The position numbers were made by a program, and so were the translations under genes. The notes beneath the pieces are model-generated. The model ran no database searches and was not told the origin of the DNA. It worked only from the letters and a program-made list of their open reading frames with translations. Of a DNA stretch of 64,000 bases, positions 23,836-35,443 are shown in pieces. Every line of letters begins with the position of its first letter. Positions within the stretch are counted from its first letter, which is position 1. Source of the DNA: Macrostomum lignano (lineage: Eukaryota); assembly GCA_002269645.1 (NCBI GenBank), contig NIVC01000713.1, positions 248,001-312,000 of the forward strand, written 5' to 3'.

Positions 23836-26277
23836 CCTAACCCCTGACACTCCAATTCCTGACACCCTAACCCATGACACTCCAATCCCTGACACCCTAA
23901 CCCCTGACACTCCAACCCTGACACCCTAACCCCTGACACTCCAATCCCTGACACCCTAACCCATGACACTCCAATCCCTGACACCCTAACCCATGACACT
24001 TCAATCCCTGACACCCTAACCCCTGACACCCTAACCCCTGACACTCCAATCCCTGACACCTTAACCCCTGACACTCCAATCCCTGACACCCTAACCCATG
24101 ACACTCCAATCCCTGACACCCTAACCCCTGACACTCCAATCCCTGACACCCTAACCCCTGACACTCCAATCCCTGACACCTTAACCCCTGACACTCCAAT
24201 CCCTGACACCCTAACCCATGACACTCCAATCCCTGACACCCTAACCCCTGACACTCCAATCCCTGACACCCTGACCCCTGACACTCCAATCCCTGACACC
24301 CTAACCCATGACACTCCAATCCCTGACACCCTAACCCATGACAATCCAATCCCTGACACCCTAACCCCTGACAGTCCAATCCCTGACACCCTAACCCATG
24401 ACACTCTAATCCCTGACACCCTAACCCATGACAATCCAACCCTGACACCCTAACCCATGACACTCCAATCCCTGACACGCTAACCCCTGACACCCTAATC
24501 CCTGACACCCTAACCCCTGACACTCCAATCCCTTAACACCCTAACCCCTGACACTCCAATCCCTTAACACCCTAACCCCTGACACTCCAATCCCTGACAC
24601 CCTAACCCCTGACACTTCAATTCTTGACGCCCAACTCCTGACACCCTAACTTCTGACACTCCAATCCCTGACACTGAAATCCTTTACACCCCAACCCCTG
24701 TCCCTGACACCCTAACTTCCGACACTTCAATCCCTGACACCTTAACCCCTGACACTCCAATCCCTGACATTTAACCCCTGACACTCCAATCCCTGACACC
24801 CTAACCCCTGACACTCCAATCCCTGACACCCTAACCCCTGACACTCCGATCCCTGACACCCTAACCCCTGACACTCCAATCCCTGACACCCTAACCCCTG
24901 ACACTTCAATTCTTGACGCCCAACTCCTGACACCCTAACTTCTGACACTCCAATCCCTGACACTGAAATCCTTTACACCCCAACCCCTGTCCCTGACACC
25001 CTAACCCATGACACTCTAATCCCTGACACCTTAACCCCTGACACTCCAATCCCTGACACCCTAACCCCTGACACTCCAATCCCTGACACCCTAACCCATG
25101 ACACTCCAATCCCTGACACCCTAACCCCTGACACTCCAATCCCTGACACCCTAACCCCTGACACTCCAATCCCTGACACCCTAACCCATGACACTCCAAT
25201 CCCTGACACCCTAACCCATGACAATCCAATCCCTGACACCCTAACCCCTGACACTCCAATCCCTGACACCCTAACCCCTGACACTCCAATCCCTGACACC
25301 CTAACCCATGACACTCCAATCCCTGACACCCTAACCCCTGACACTCCAATCCCTGACACCCTAACCCCTGACACTCCAATCCCTGACACCCTAACCCCTG
25401 ACACTCCAATCCCTGACACCCTAACCCCTGACACTCCAATCCCTGACACCCTAACCCCTGACACTCCAATCCCTGACACCCTAACCCATGACACTCCAAT
25501 CCCTGACACCCTAACCCCTGACACTCCAATCCCTGACACCCTAACCCCTGACACTCCAATCCCTGACACCCTAACCCATGACACTCCAATCCCTGACACC
25601 CTAACCCATGACAATCCAATCCCTGACACCCTAACCCCTGACACTCCAATCCCTGACACCCTAACCCATGACACTCCAATCCCTGACACCCTAACCCCTG
25701 ACAATCCAACCCTGACACCCTAACCCCTGACACTCCAATCCCTTAACACCCTAACCCCTGACACTCCAATCCCTTAACACCCTAACCCCTGACACTCCAA
25801 TCCCTGACACCCTAACCCATGACACTCCAATCCCTGACACCCTAACCCCTGACACTCCAATCCCTGACACCCTAACCCATGACACTCTAATCCCTGACAC
25901 CCTAACCCATGACAATCCAACCCTGACACCCTAACCCATGACACTCCAATCCCTGACACGCTAACCCCTGACACCCTAATCCCTGACACCCTAACCCCTG
26001 ACACTCCAATCCCTTAACACCCTAACCCCTGACACTCCAATCCCTTAACACCCTAACCCCTGACACTCCAATCCCTGACACCCTAACCCCTGACACTCCG
26101 ATCCCTGACACCCTAACCCCTGACACCTTAACCCCTGACACTCCAATCCCTGACATTTAACCCCTGACACTCCAATCCCTGACACCCTAACCCCTGACAC
26201 TCCAATCCCTGACACCCTAACCCCTGACACTCCGATCCCTGACACCCTAACCCCTGACACCTTAACCCCTGACACTC
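23836..26277. repeat. 2.4-kb satellite, 30-bp unit ccctgacaccctaacccctgacactccaat, with higher-order blocks
   Basis: Exact 30-bp period across 25020-25690; variant blocks recur (24612/24901; 24427/25908). Confidence 0.95.
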
Positions 26278-26366
26278 TCCGGACGCCGTTTCAGTTATGA
26301 ATTATACATTTCGCAATTGACTGTCGAATTATGTACTAACTCGCTATTAAAAAAACTGGATTTTAG

Positions 26367-29081
26367 ACTTCCTCATAAATCTGAGGGCCCTGCGGCAGCA
26401 GAGAATTCCGAGCGCCTGGTATTTACTCCACATTCTGAGAGATTAGAAAAAAAGCACCACAGAATTTGTCTTCCCTGCACCCAGTCGCCAAATTCGCTCG
26501 TCTCCTGCAATAAGGCCAGGGTCTGCCGACGAACACATAAGTGAAGCTGAGTCTTATTTGCCTGTAAGAAATCCTGTTCTAGAAAGTTACAATTCGCTCG
26601 GACAGACGCAGGTAGCGGTTGCTAGTAGTAACGGGGACAATACGACGCTAAGTAAGTTGCGTCAGTCGGTTGACAAAGAAGATCTTAAGCGAGCCGTTAA
26701 CACGCCAGACAACTCGCTGAAGACGCCTGTGATGCTTGCCGCTTTAAACAATTTTCCGACAACAATAAAGCTTTTGCACGAGATGGGAGCCACCGATCTC
26801 AGTCAAGGGGTAAGAGTAGCAGCAAAGTTTAAAATAGCGAATACATGTATTCGGAATTAGAACTAACAACAACAACAAAGGCGTTACACAGTCCCCGAGT
26901 AAGTCAGTGGAGGGAGCGTCAGATAGGCGCACCGAAGTGCCAGCGAGCAGACAATGTGGGCCCATTGACGGTTTCGGTCGCCCCAGCGTCGCTCAAGATG
27001 CAGTCTACGTATCTCCGGGTCCTCGTTTGACCCCGCCTGAACGGTCCTGGCGTATTGAGCAGCTGCACAGGACGAGGGCAGGAGCTTTCAGCCCCGGATC
27101 ACGTTGCTTGCCAGTTGGAGATGGTGGAGTTAGAACTAGCAGTATCAATGTCTTACGCAGAGGGTCCCAGCACCCCACAAACATTGTAGCGCCCTCATAA
27201 AGAAAGCTCGATTTCCACCAATAACGAATGAGAGGAATTTAACTTTTGCCACCCCTTGGACGTGGTATTCACCAGCCTAGGAGACGCGGGTAGGGGCGCC
27301 CATCAAGAGACAGAGATGCCAACCCAGGAGATCAAACCCAGACACCAGATGGCAGTGTTAAATTGATTTTTTGTCAACCTTTTCAGGACCGAGCCAAGCT
27401 AACGGCTCTTGCGCACGCGGCTATGCGAGGGAACAAGGACTGCATTGCCGTTCTGCTCTCTCTGGGCGCAGAGCCTCACACAGAAGACTTTAGCGGTAAT
27501 ACGCCTCTGATCTGGGCGACTAGAGAAAACCACGTTGGTGTAATTGAAAAACTGAGTGAGGTTCTGCAAAATCTGTCGAATTGGACACATCGTGGAGAGT
27601 ATAATATGAGCGCGTTGGAGTGGGCGACTTACTTGCAGCATCATGAGATTGCGAATTTGATTGTGCTGAGGTAAAGGCTTCTTTCTCTGCTCAAGTTTAC
27701 CTCTTTACACTTCTTCCGCTTCAAAACTGTATTTGAGTGTACATTTGAAATTATAATTTCTTTTCTAGACTTACACACAGTGAGCGTAAAAGCGCACAAC
27801 TTTTACAGCGCATTTTCTGGTGCAGGCGTCTAGAGATACAGTGTATAGCAGTGTAGTGGAGAATGAAACTGATTGTCGTAATCTCATTCCAACTAGCGCT
27901 ATCAAATAAGAAGCACACACTTAAGCCTTTTCGTTTCGCAGTTTTATTTTTATAGTCTCTTTCTCTCGTGCCTAAGTAACTGCTTTAGGCTGTATTCAAG
28001 TGGTGTTTTGGCTTAATTGTCTGGCCAAAAAGCTAGGTAATCTGTCATCATTATACTCGTAGCTGGTATATCTTTATACGGCATTAAGCATCCATATTCT
28101 AAAGAATTCCTAACTACACTACTCACGAGTAGACAGAGCAAATATTCTTTAGATAAACATCGATCCAGCTTTCACAATTTTATAACCGTTGCCTCTGATA
28201 ACGTAGGATATGAATTTGTCGTCTTTTATGAACATTATAGCCACTTTTTTAAATCCAGCATCAACAGCCTCCAAACCGATGCTCGGGCTCAAGAAGCTGC
28301 ACAGGAAATGCCATCAATTGAGGCTTCTGAAGCAATCAGTGCACAATTACCGCTACCTGCGCTTCTGCCCAACGACCGATACCGGATGCTGAGCAGGCCG
28401 AGCTCAAGAGGCGTTGCCATCATAATAAATAATGTGGATTTTGACAATACAGACAGGAGAAACGGTGCGATGGCGGACACCCATGAGACAGGACTGTACC
28501 AAGCCTTCGTCAAGTTGGGATTGCGCGTTGAGATTCACCATAATTTGAGTAGCCACTTTTTCAACAGCCACAATCTAATCAGCCTAAACAGGCATGAGAC
28601 AGAGTACGAGCAGCACGATGTGTTCGTGCTCTGCGTTATGAGCCACGGCGAGGACGGCCACATAATTGGTTCTGATGGTGGGCGAATCGAACTCGAGCCT
28701 TTGTTCAACCAGGTGCGCCAGTGCGACAGCCTTGCTGGCAAGCCGAAGATATTTATAGTACAGGCCTGCCGCTTGTTGAGTACCTCCCATCCTGCAGAGT
28801 CAGCCAATGTCATTCGCGGCCAAGACTGTCTGTATATCTACAGCGCTTGCAGAGGTCAGCTGTCGGGGCGAGATCCCAACACTGGTTGCATATTTATTCA
28901 AGCGCTCAAAGACGAAATCTTGGCCGCCGACCTACGATCTGTCGAGTTCACTCACCTGCTGCCTAAAGTTGTCAAGCGAGTTCTGGAACTGACTAACGGC
29001 GCTCAGGTTGTGAGTTCGGAGACAACTCTTTCTAAGCTGCTGTGCCTTCCACCAACACGCGATCTGTTAACCAATCCGTAA
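26367..29081 (+). CDS. Ankyrin-caspase gene, copy 2, 3' half (exons 26367-26809, 27387-27670, 28259-29081)
   Basis: Acceptor attttag|a as in copies 1 and 3; one apparent frameshift in an A7 run (~26447); NSLGQT, KTPVMLAA, NTPLIWAT; phases 0 and 2 as in the other copies; caspase exon uninterrupted. Confidence 0.75.
28259..29081 (+). CDS. Caspase (peptidase C14) exon, copy 2, intact
   Basis: RGVAIIINN, RRNGAMAD, CVMSHG, GKPKIFIVQACR, DCLYIYSA, SGRDPNTG. Confidence 0.93.
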
Positions 29082-30509
29082 ACGTCTAAAGTGCCATTTA
29101 CTCATTTGAGCTCGTATAACTACATGTCCGAGCTATATAGCTTTAAACTTGAATGACAGACGACTTCTTAGTTATACGGTCAGCCAGTTTTTTATAAACA
29201 TGCCATTAACATTGATTGCAGTATTATACTCTGTGATACTTTTTTAAACGTTACTCGTACGAGCGTATATTAATACTTGAAAAATGTTTTATAACAGCAA
29301 CATTGATATATAGCTACCTCTTGTGGATATCTAATTCTGTTTTTATAAATCTCTACACTAAGAAATCTCACGTGCGCCACTACAGTATTAAAAACATTTT
29401 CGAACATTTTTAAGCGTTGGCATGCCTCGATCTAAAGCGTCATCTGGCTTTTACCTAATGATTGTAAAGTAGTCTGATATGCTCTATATTAATCGTGTGG
29501 ATAAACGCTGAATTCGCATTGATAGCTTCGATCAGAACAATTTTTTTCCGTAGCTACTAAAGATTCCCAAGGAAAAATATGGTATTGAGAATTAGACACA
29601 GTTAAAGAACTACATTTTCCATCGCTATTTGAAATGCGGGTGTCTGTCTTGGTTCTTAAAGTTATGTTCGATTTTGTATGCACCAGTAACTGAAATGCAT
29701 TTGCTACAGAAATACGAAAACTATATAGGCATCCATGTAACTTCTCATTCTTTTGACTTGAATAGAGAATAGAATACTGAGCACTATACAAAAGTTGTAA
29801 AACTTGCACTCTAATTCTGTGATGTTAATTATTTATTTATTTATTTCCAAAGAAATGTTTCACTTTTATCTGTTTTCCTCAATGAGACTGCAGGCAGCTA
29901 TATTTATCCAGAAATTTGTTTTGGGACAACAAAGCAAGGAAAAAATCGTACCAACTGTCATCCGCTGTATAAAGTCAGTTTCTTCCTATCTCGGGGCATT
30001 CATTTCTTATGCAACTTTTGTGTGATCTCTACGCTTTTATTTTTTATATTGTCATGAATTTTAAAATTAAAATATAATTAAATTCAGTCAGCCATGATTA
30101 GAAATACAAAATGCACTTTATTTCTCATATTTATACTGACATTATACTTACATGCATGTCTGATGCATAATGTCTGATGCATACTGTAAATGTACTCGTA
30201 CGATGACTGAATCTCACCCCAATCTCATACTTTTGTACAAGTTATATTCATCTCATGAAGTTCTGGACTCCAGTGTAGGGTATTATGTACTTCAGCTGAA
30301 CTTTAGTACCTGTGACAACAGCAACAACATACGCGGCCCTGCAAGCAAAGGTCACAGTTAGAGCAGGGCGCGTCAGATGGCGCGCCGCAGAGCCTGGGAG
30401 CGAACAAAATCCGCTCCGTTGGCAGTGTCGGGCGCCCCAGCGTCGCACAGCAGGCAGTCCGCGTATCGTTTAGTACCTGTGAGAGTATTATACATAATAA
30501 TAGCTAATA

Positions 30510-30522
30510 AGAATAAGAATAA

Positions 30523-30560
<38 letters not shown>
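30510..30560. repeat. (AAT)n microsatellite
   Basis: aataagaat then aataat runs. Confidence 0.9.
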
Positions 30561-31367
30561 GATTACACCTGCCCCAATTGGGCCAGATGTGCAGCCGACA
30601 GCTCAGCCGCAGCTATTATATTATTATTATACAATATTATACAGCTATTATACATTATTATACATACATAAATACAGGCAAGTAGCTCGTGCGCTCGTGT
30701 AGGGCATTTAGTACATAGGACTAGCTAAACACCGCACCCCAAGGGAAGGGAAGACGGACGTACGCGAGTGTTTGCGAGTAACGAGTACAGTGCGAGTGGA
30801 TACGACGGTCCTCTGTACAGCAAGTCTATTTGTGCAGTACAGAAAATATAAAAAAGCAAAAAAAGCAAACAAAAAATTTCATGCAGCGCGAGAAAGGTGA
30901 GGCAGGCTGAGTAAAAGCTAGGTGATATAAGCCTCACGGCGGAGGGGTGCAGTGCAGAGAGGGGGGTGGACTTGGGGTGGGTGTTTACAACCAATCAGCA
31001 AACGCCGATTGGAGACTAAACACCACACCCCAAGGGAAGGGAAGACGGACGCGAGTGTTTGCGAGTATCGAGTACAGCGCGAGTAGATACGACGGTCCAA
31101 AATCCGAAAAAAGACGGGAAGATAGTGAAAGAAAAACGGGGGGGCACGCAGAATGCTGGTCACGCTTGCAAGCAAAATAAAATAAACAGTCATTAAAACA
31201 GCACTTAATCGATAAAACAACAGTCATCATTGCAAAAAAGATAAAATACGAAATAAGAAAAGTGCACGAGTTGAGAAGAAAAAAAAATCTGAGCATTTGA
31301 GTCCAAGCGAGAGGAAAAAGAAAGCAGACAGCACACCAGCTTCAACTCAGAGCAGGCAAACGAAAAA

Positions 31368-32234
31368 TTATAAGCATTGAGACAGTTTGCGAACAGCCGC
31401 CAGCTGGAGATCGAAGCCTTTCTCCAGCCCCAGGTACACCTCAACCGCCGAGCTCCGCCAGTCTCCCAGGGCCTTGACGACCGGCAGCGGCACACCGGCG
31501 CGGAACGCCAGCGAGGCGCCGCCGCGTCGAAGGCTGTGAGGGGACAGAGACCGGTCTGCCATGCCGGCACGGTGGACGACGTGCTGAAACAGGCGACAGA
31601 ACCGGGTGCCGGTCAGAGGCGTCAGGCCGCCGCTGCTTCGGTAGGCGAAGAGGTGGGCAGCAGCGGCGCGGTCGGGCTGGTTGATGCGCAGGTGGTGAAG
31701 CAGCGCTGCCACCGGGCAGAGCGGGTGCTGCACCGCGTGCCGGAGGCGCGGCAGGACAACGCGGTGCACTCGCTGGCGGAACTGGTTCGTCTTGGAGCGC
31801 CGAATGTGCAGGATGGCCAGATCCGGTGATACATGCAGGTCGCCGCAGGTGACCGCCTCGCCGGCTGGTGGGAACGGTTTCGAGCAGCACAGATTGGCGC
31901 GGCGCAGGAGGCCCCAGAATCCGACCAGGACCGCCGCCCAGAAGGCTGCATCTTGAGGCTGCTGCAGGCGCAGGGTTCCTCGCAGTTTGAGGAGGTCACC
32001 CGGAGTGATGGGCGCCTTGCGCGCCGGTGGCTTGGCGAGTTTGCGCTGGACACCGCGGAGGAGCAGGTCGATGCGGGGGTCGCGAGGAAGGCCGCGGCCG
32101 GTCTTGAGCTTGCAGTGCAGGTCTGCGGCGTTAATGTACGCACCGACGCTGGCATGCGAGGAGAGGCGGTCGGACAGCGCGATGATGTAGTGCGCTACCT
32201 GCTGCAGAGGCGGTCTGGTGCTGTCGATGCGCAT
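31368..32234 (-). CDS. Tyrosine recombinase of the Ngaro element
   Basis: GFWGLLRRANL, IRRSKTNQF, HSLRRGGAS, LGDWRSSAVEVYL (R-K-H-R-W-Y catalytic set). Confidence 0.95.
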   Translation of the reverse strand: MRIDSTRPPLQQVAHYIIALSDRLSSHASVGAYINAADLHCKLKTGRGLPRDPRIDLLLRGVQRKLAKPPARKAPITPGDLLKLRGTLRLQQPQDAAFWAAVLVGFWGLLRRANLCCSKPFPPAGEAVTCGDLHVSPDLAILHIRRSKTNQFRQRVHRVVLPRLRHAVQHPLCPVAALLHHLRINQPDRAAAAHLFAYRSSGGLTPLTGTRFCRLFQHVVHRAGMADRSLSPHSLRRGGASLAFRAGVPLPVVKALGDWRSSAVEVYLGLEKGFDLQLAAVRKLSQCL

Positions 32235-34388
32235 CTGCTTGCAGAACCGCTTCCAGGAGTCGATCTGGCAGCGGTAAAAGCGCGCGGTAGTCTCAGCGAA
32301 GGCCAGGTGGCAAAGCTCGCGGTAGCGTTTGCTGAAGTTCGCGCTCGGGACTTGAGGCGGGCGATCTGTTGGGCGAGAAATTCGCAGGTGGCTGGCGAGA
32401 GGGTGTGCTCTCTAAGGTTGCTAAGGTCAACGTGAACAGAGCCAAAGAGCCGGAGCAGGAAGTTTGTCAGCTCGCTGATGTCATCGGCTCGGCTGCCACT
32501 ATCAGCGAAGATCTGGAATGTCCCGGGGACGTGGAAGGCCTGGACGGAGAGGTCGCGGTGCGCAGCGAGGAGCATCAGCTGTTGCAGAGCCGAGTTGACG
32601 ACCCGATTTGGCGACGAGCCCTTGTTGATGGCGCCGACTGCGGCGGTGCTGTCAGAGTAGATCACAAGCTGGCTGCCCAGTTGCAGCTGCTGCTGGAAAT
32701 GCAGGGCCGTAAGCACTGGCGCGAGACTTTCCTTGAAGTTGACGTGCAGCGGCTCGATCTCGGTTGAGTCGCGGTGCCAGTCCATGATGAGCCAGCTGGT
32801 GATGTCTGGGCCGCGGATGATGCCGCAGCCGCCCCAGTTGGACGCGTCGGACTCGATGGCCCAGCTGGGCCCGTTAGAACGCCAGATTTTGCAGCTGGGG
32901 GAGGCGGCCAGGCAGGCGTCCCACCAGCTAAGGATCTCGCGGAGATCATTGTGCACGCGCAGTTTATGCCGCTGCTGCTTCAGGTCGCTGAGTTCGAGCA
33001 GGAGTGGTCTCAGGAAGCACCTCCCGATGCGGACCACCTGGCAGACCCAGTTGATGCGGCCACAGAGCGATTGGAGCTGGCGCCTGGTGATGCGCTTGCG
33101 AGAGAGCGCGGAATGCAGCTGAGACTTGGTGGCGTCGAGCTTGTCCTTCGGAAGCTCCAGCAGGCCGCTGACGGTGTCGATGAGGACGCCCAGGTAGACT
33201 AGTCTGGTGCACGGCGCCACCACCTTGCTCCAGTTGATGGAGAAGCCAAGCTTCCGCAGCAGATTGAGCAGGGTGTTGAGAGCGAGCTGGCAGTCGTCCT
33301 TGCTGGAGGCTGCTATGGCGAAGTCGTCGAGATAACTGCCGATATCGTTGAAGCCCCGTCTCTGCATCATGCGCTTGACAGCCTGGCTCAGGCGGTGGAA
33401 AACTTCCATGGAGGCAGCAGCGCCAAAGGGGAGCCGCGTGTCGCAGATGTACGAATCGCTGCGCTGGTCGCTGAATTTCCACTTCAAGCCGGTGAGCCGA
33501 AAATCGTGCGGGCTGATGCCGACACTCCGGTAGGCATTGGCGAGGTCGACTTTGGCCATGAACCAACCGGGCTGCAGCTTGGCGGTGAAGTAACTGACGG
33601 TCTCGAACTTGATTCTGTTGTCGGAAGAAAATCGGCTGTTTAGGGAGAGACCCGGAGGGTTAGAGCAGTCGTGGATGAGACGAATCTTGTTGTTGCCCTT
33701 CGGAATGGCGCCAAGGGCGCTGATGACCTCCGGTTTGTCATTGACTTGAACGTAGCGGCCATTAAGGATTTCCTCTCGCATCTGCTGCTCGACCAGCTGC
33801 CGGTAACTGTTGACTGATAGGTAGTTCTGGATTTCTGACATAGTTGAGGCTCTTTCTGACGGGTCAGGGCAGGTGAGTTGGAAGCCGTTGCGGATGCCAT
33901 TCAGCAGGAATTCGCGGTCAGGATCATCAGCCAGCTCAGCTTCCCAGGCGGCTGTGGCGAGGTCGGATGAGAAAGCGACGGACTCGAGGGGCTTGGGACA
34001 GGGCCAGCCGGGGGGCAGCGGGGGTTCGACTTTGGCTTCGGCCGGGGCAGCTGCGCTGCCAGTTGAGCCCCCCGGCCGGCCGCAACAGCTGCCGGTAACT
34101 GTTGACTGATAGGTAGTTCTGGATTTCTGACATAGTTGAGGCTCTTTCTGACGGGTCAGGGCAGGTGAGTTGGAAGCCGTTGCGGATGCCATTCAGCAGG
34201 AATTCGCGGTCAGGATCATCAGCCAGCTCAGCTTCCCAGGCGGCTGTGGCGAGGTCGGATGAGAAAGCGACGGACTCGAGGGGCTTGGGACAGGGCCAGC
34301 CGGGGGGCAGCGGGGGTTCGACTTTGGCTTCGGCCGGGGCAGCTGCGCTGCCAGTTGAGCCCCCGGCCGGCCGCGATCTAGTTTTTTT
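32195..34388 (-). CDS. RT / RNase H of the Ngaro element, disrupted by an internal ~291-bp tandem duplication
   Basis: RLIHDCS, KVDLANAYR, LPFG, YLDDF, YLGVLID, ESDASNWG, HVNFKE, YSDS. Confidence 0.92.
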
Positions 34389-35443
34389 GAAGTGCAGAAC
34401 TGGCGCGGGTGCGCCTCGTAGCAGGCGGAGCAGACGTGCCTGAACTTGCAGTCGCGCCGTAGGCAGCCGTTGCGGTTGAACTTCACGCACAGCTCCCGCC
34501 CCTCAGGATCGATCGGGCCGACGAAGCCGGACGGCTGCTGCTTTGGCCTACTGGGCTTGAAGTTGGTGCGCTGGGAGATCGCGTTGCCGCCCTGATTTGA
34601 CTTTGGTGCCAGAATGTGCTTGGATAGCGACTCCCGCTCCCAGCTGCCGCTCGACTGGTGTTGCAGGATCCTGAAGTCTTCATCGTAACAGTTGAGGGCG
34701 GCATGACTGAAACCCTGGTGCATAAACTCGCCGAACTGCACACAGTAGTGAACGTAGGCCTTCAGCTGTTCAAGATCCACCGCGCCATCCTTAACGGTGA
34801 CCAAGAACCCTTCGTCGAGGAGTTTCAGCAGCATTCGGTTGCTGCCTGCTACCCACTGACCCGCCGAGATCTGCTCAGTCCGGACTCTAGACTTCTCGCC
34901 AGAGGCAGGCTCCTCGCCATCACGGTTGATAAAGTCCTTTACCAGAAGGGGCTTTGACGGTCCTGACGGCCTGGCAGAAGTGCTGTAGAGGCCTTGAGGG
35001 CCCAGGTCTGGCAGTCCCAGCTCCGGCTCATAGGCAGCAGGGGACCGGTCAATCGGCAAGGGGCTCCGCAACTTACGGCTCTGTTGGCAAGGCTTGTTCT
35101 CCAGCTCAGCCTCGATCTCAGCAGTCTGGCGTTGAAGAGTCCTCAGCCGAAGCAGTTTCTCCTGACGGGCGATCCTCTTGTCCAGATCGTCGGTGCCCTG
35201 CGGGGCGCCAGCCTCGTCCAGGGTCGCTTCTTCATCGTCGTCGCTGCTGCTGGTGCTGACTCGGTCGATTTCGCTCGAGTGAGTGGCTGTTGGCCGTCCA
35301 CGTCGCTTGGCTTGATTCGAGAAACTGGCTTGTTCGAGTCTGACTTGCAACTCTCGCTTGCGACCGCCACTGGACAGTCCCAGTTGGCGTAGACGGTCTC
35401 TAAGCTGCCTTGCAGTCATTTGGTCAATTAAAATCTCGGCCAT
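34193..35443 (-). CDS. ORF1 / Gag-like protein of the Ngaro element with N-terminal SAP-like motif and C-terminal CCCH-type finger
   Basis: MTARQLRDRLRQLGLSSGGRKRELQVRL; CVKFNRNGCLRRDCKFRHVCSACYEAHPRQFC. Confidence 0.85.
   Translation of the reverse strand: MAEILIDQMTARQLRDRLRQLGLSSGGRKRELQVRLEQASFSNQAKRRGRPTATHSSEIDRVSTSSSDDDEEATLDEAGAPQGTDDLDKRIARQEKLLRLRTLQRQTAEIEAELENKPCQQSRKLRSPLPIDRSPAAYEPELGLPDLGPQGLYSTSARPSGPSKPLLVKDFINRDGEEPASGEKSRVRTEQISAGQWVAGSNRMLLKLLDEGFLVTVKDGAVDLEQLKAYVHYCVQFGEFMHQGFSHAALNCYDEDFRILQHQSSGSWERESLSKHILAPKSNQGGNAISQRTNFKPSRPKQQPSGFVGPIDPEGRELCVKFNRNGCLRRDCKFRHVCSACYEAHPRQFCTSKKLDRGRPGAQLAAQLPRPKPKSNPRCPPAGPVPSPSSPSLSHPTSPQPPGKLSWLMILTANSC

Noticed and set aside
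23820-26275. Long minus-strand ORFs (GLECQGLGCQ / GVRVSGI repeats)
   Set aside because: Stop-free translations of the 30-bp satellite in several frames; no unique coding sequence.
31377-35392. Many plus-strand ORFs over the Ngaro element
   Set aside because: GC-rich antisense shadows of gag, pol and YR; no motifs.
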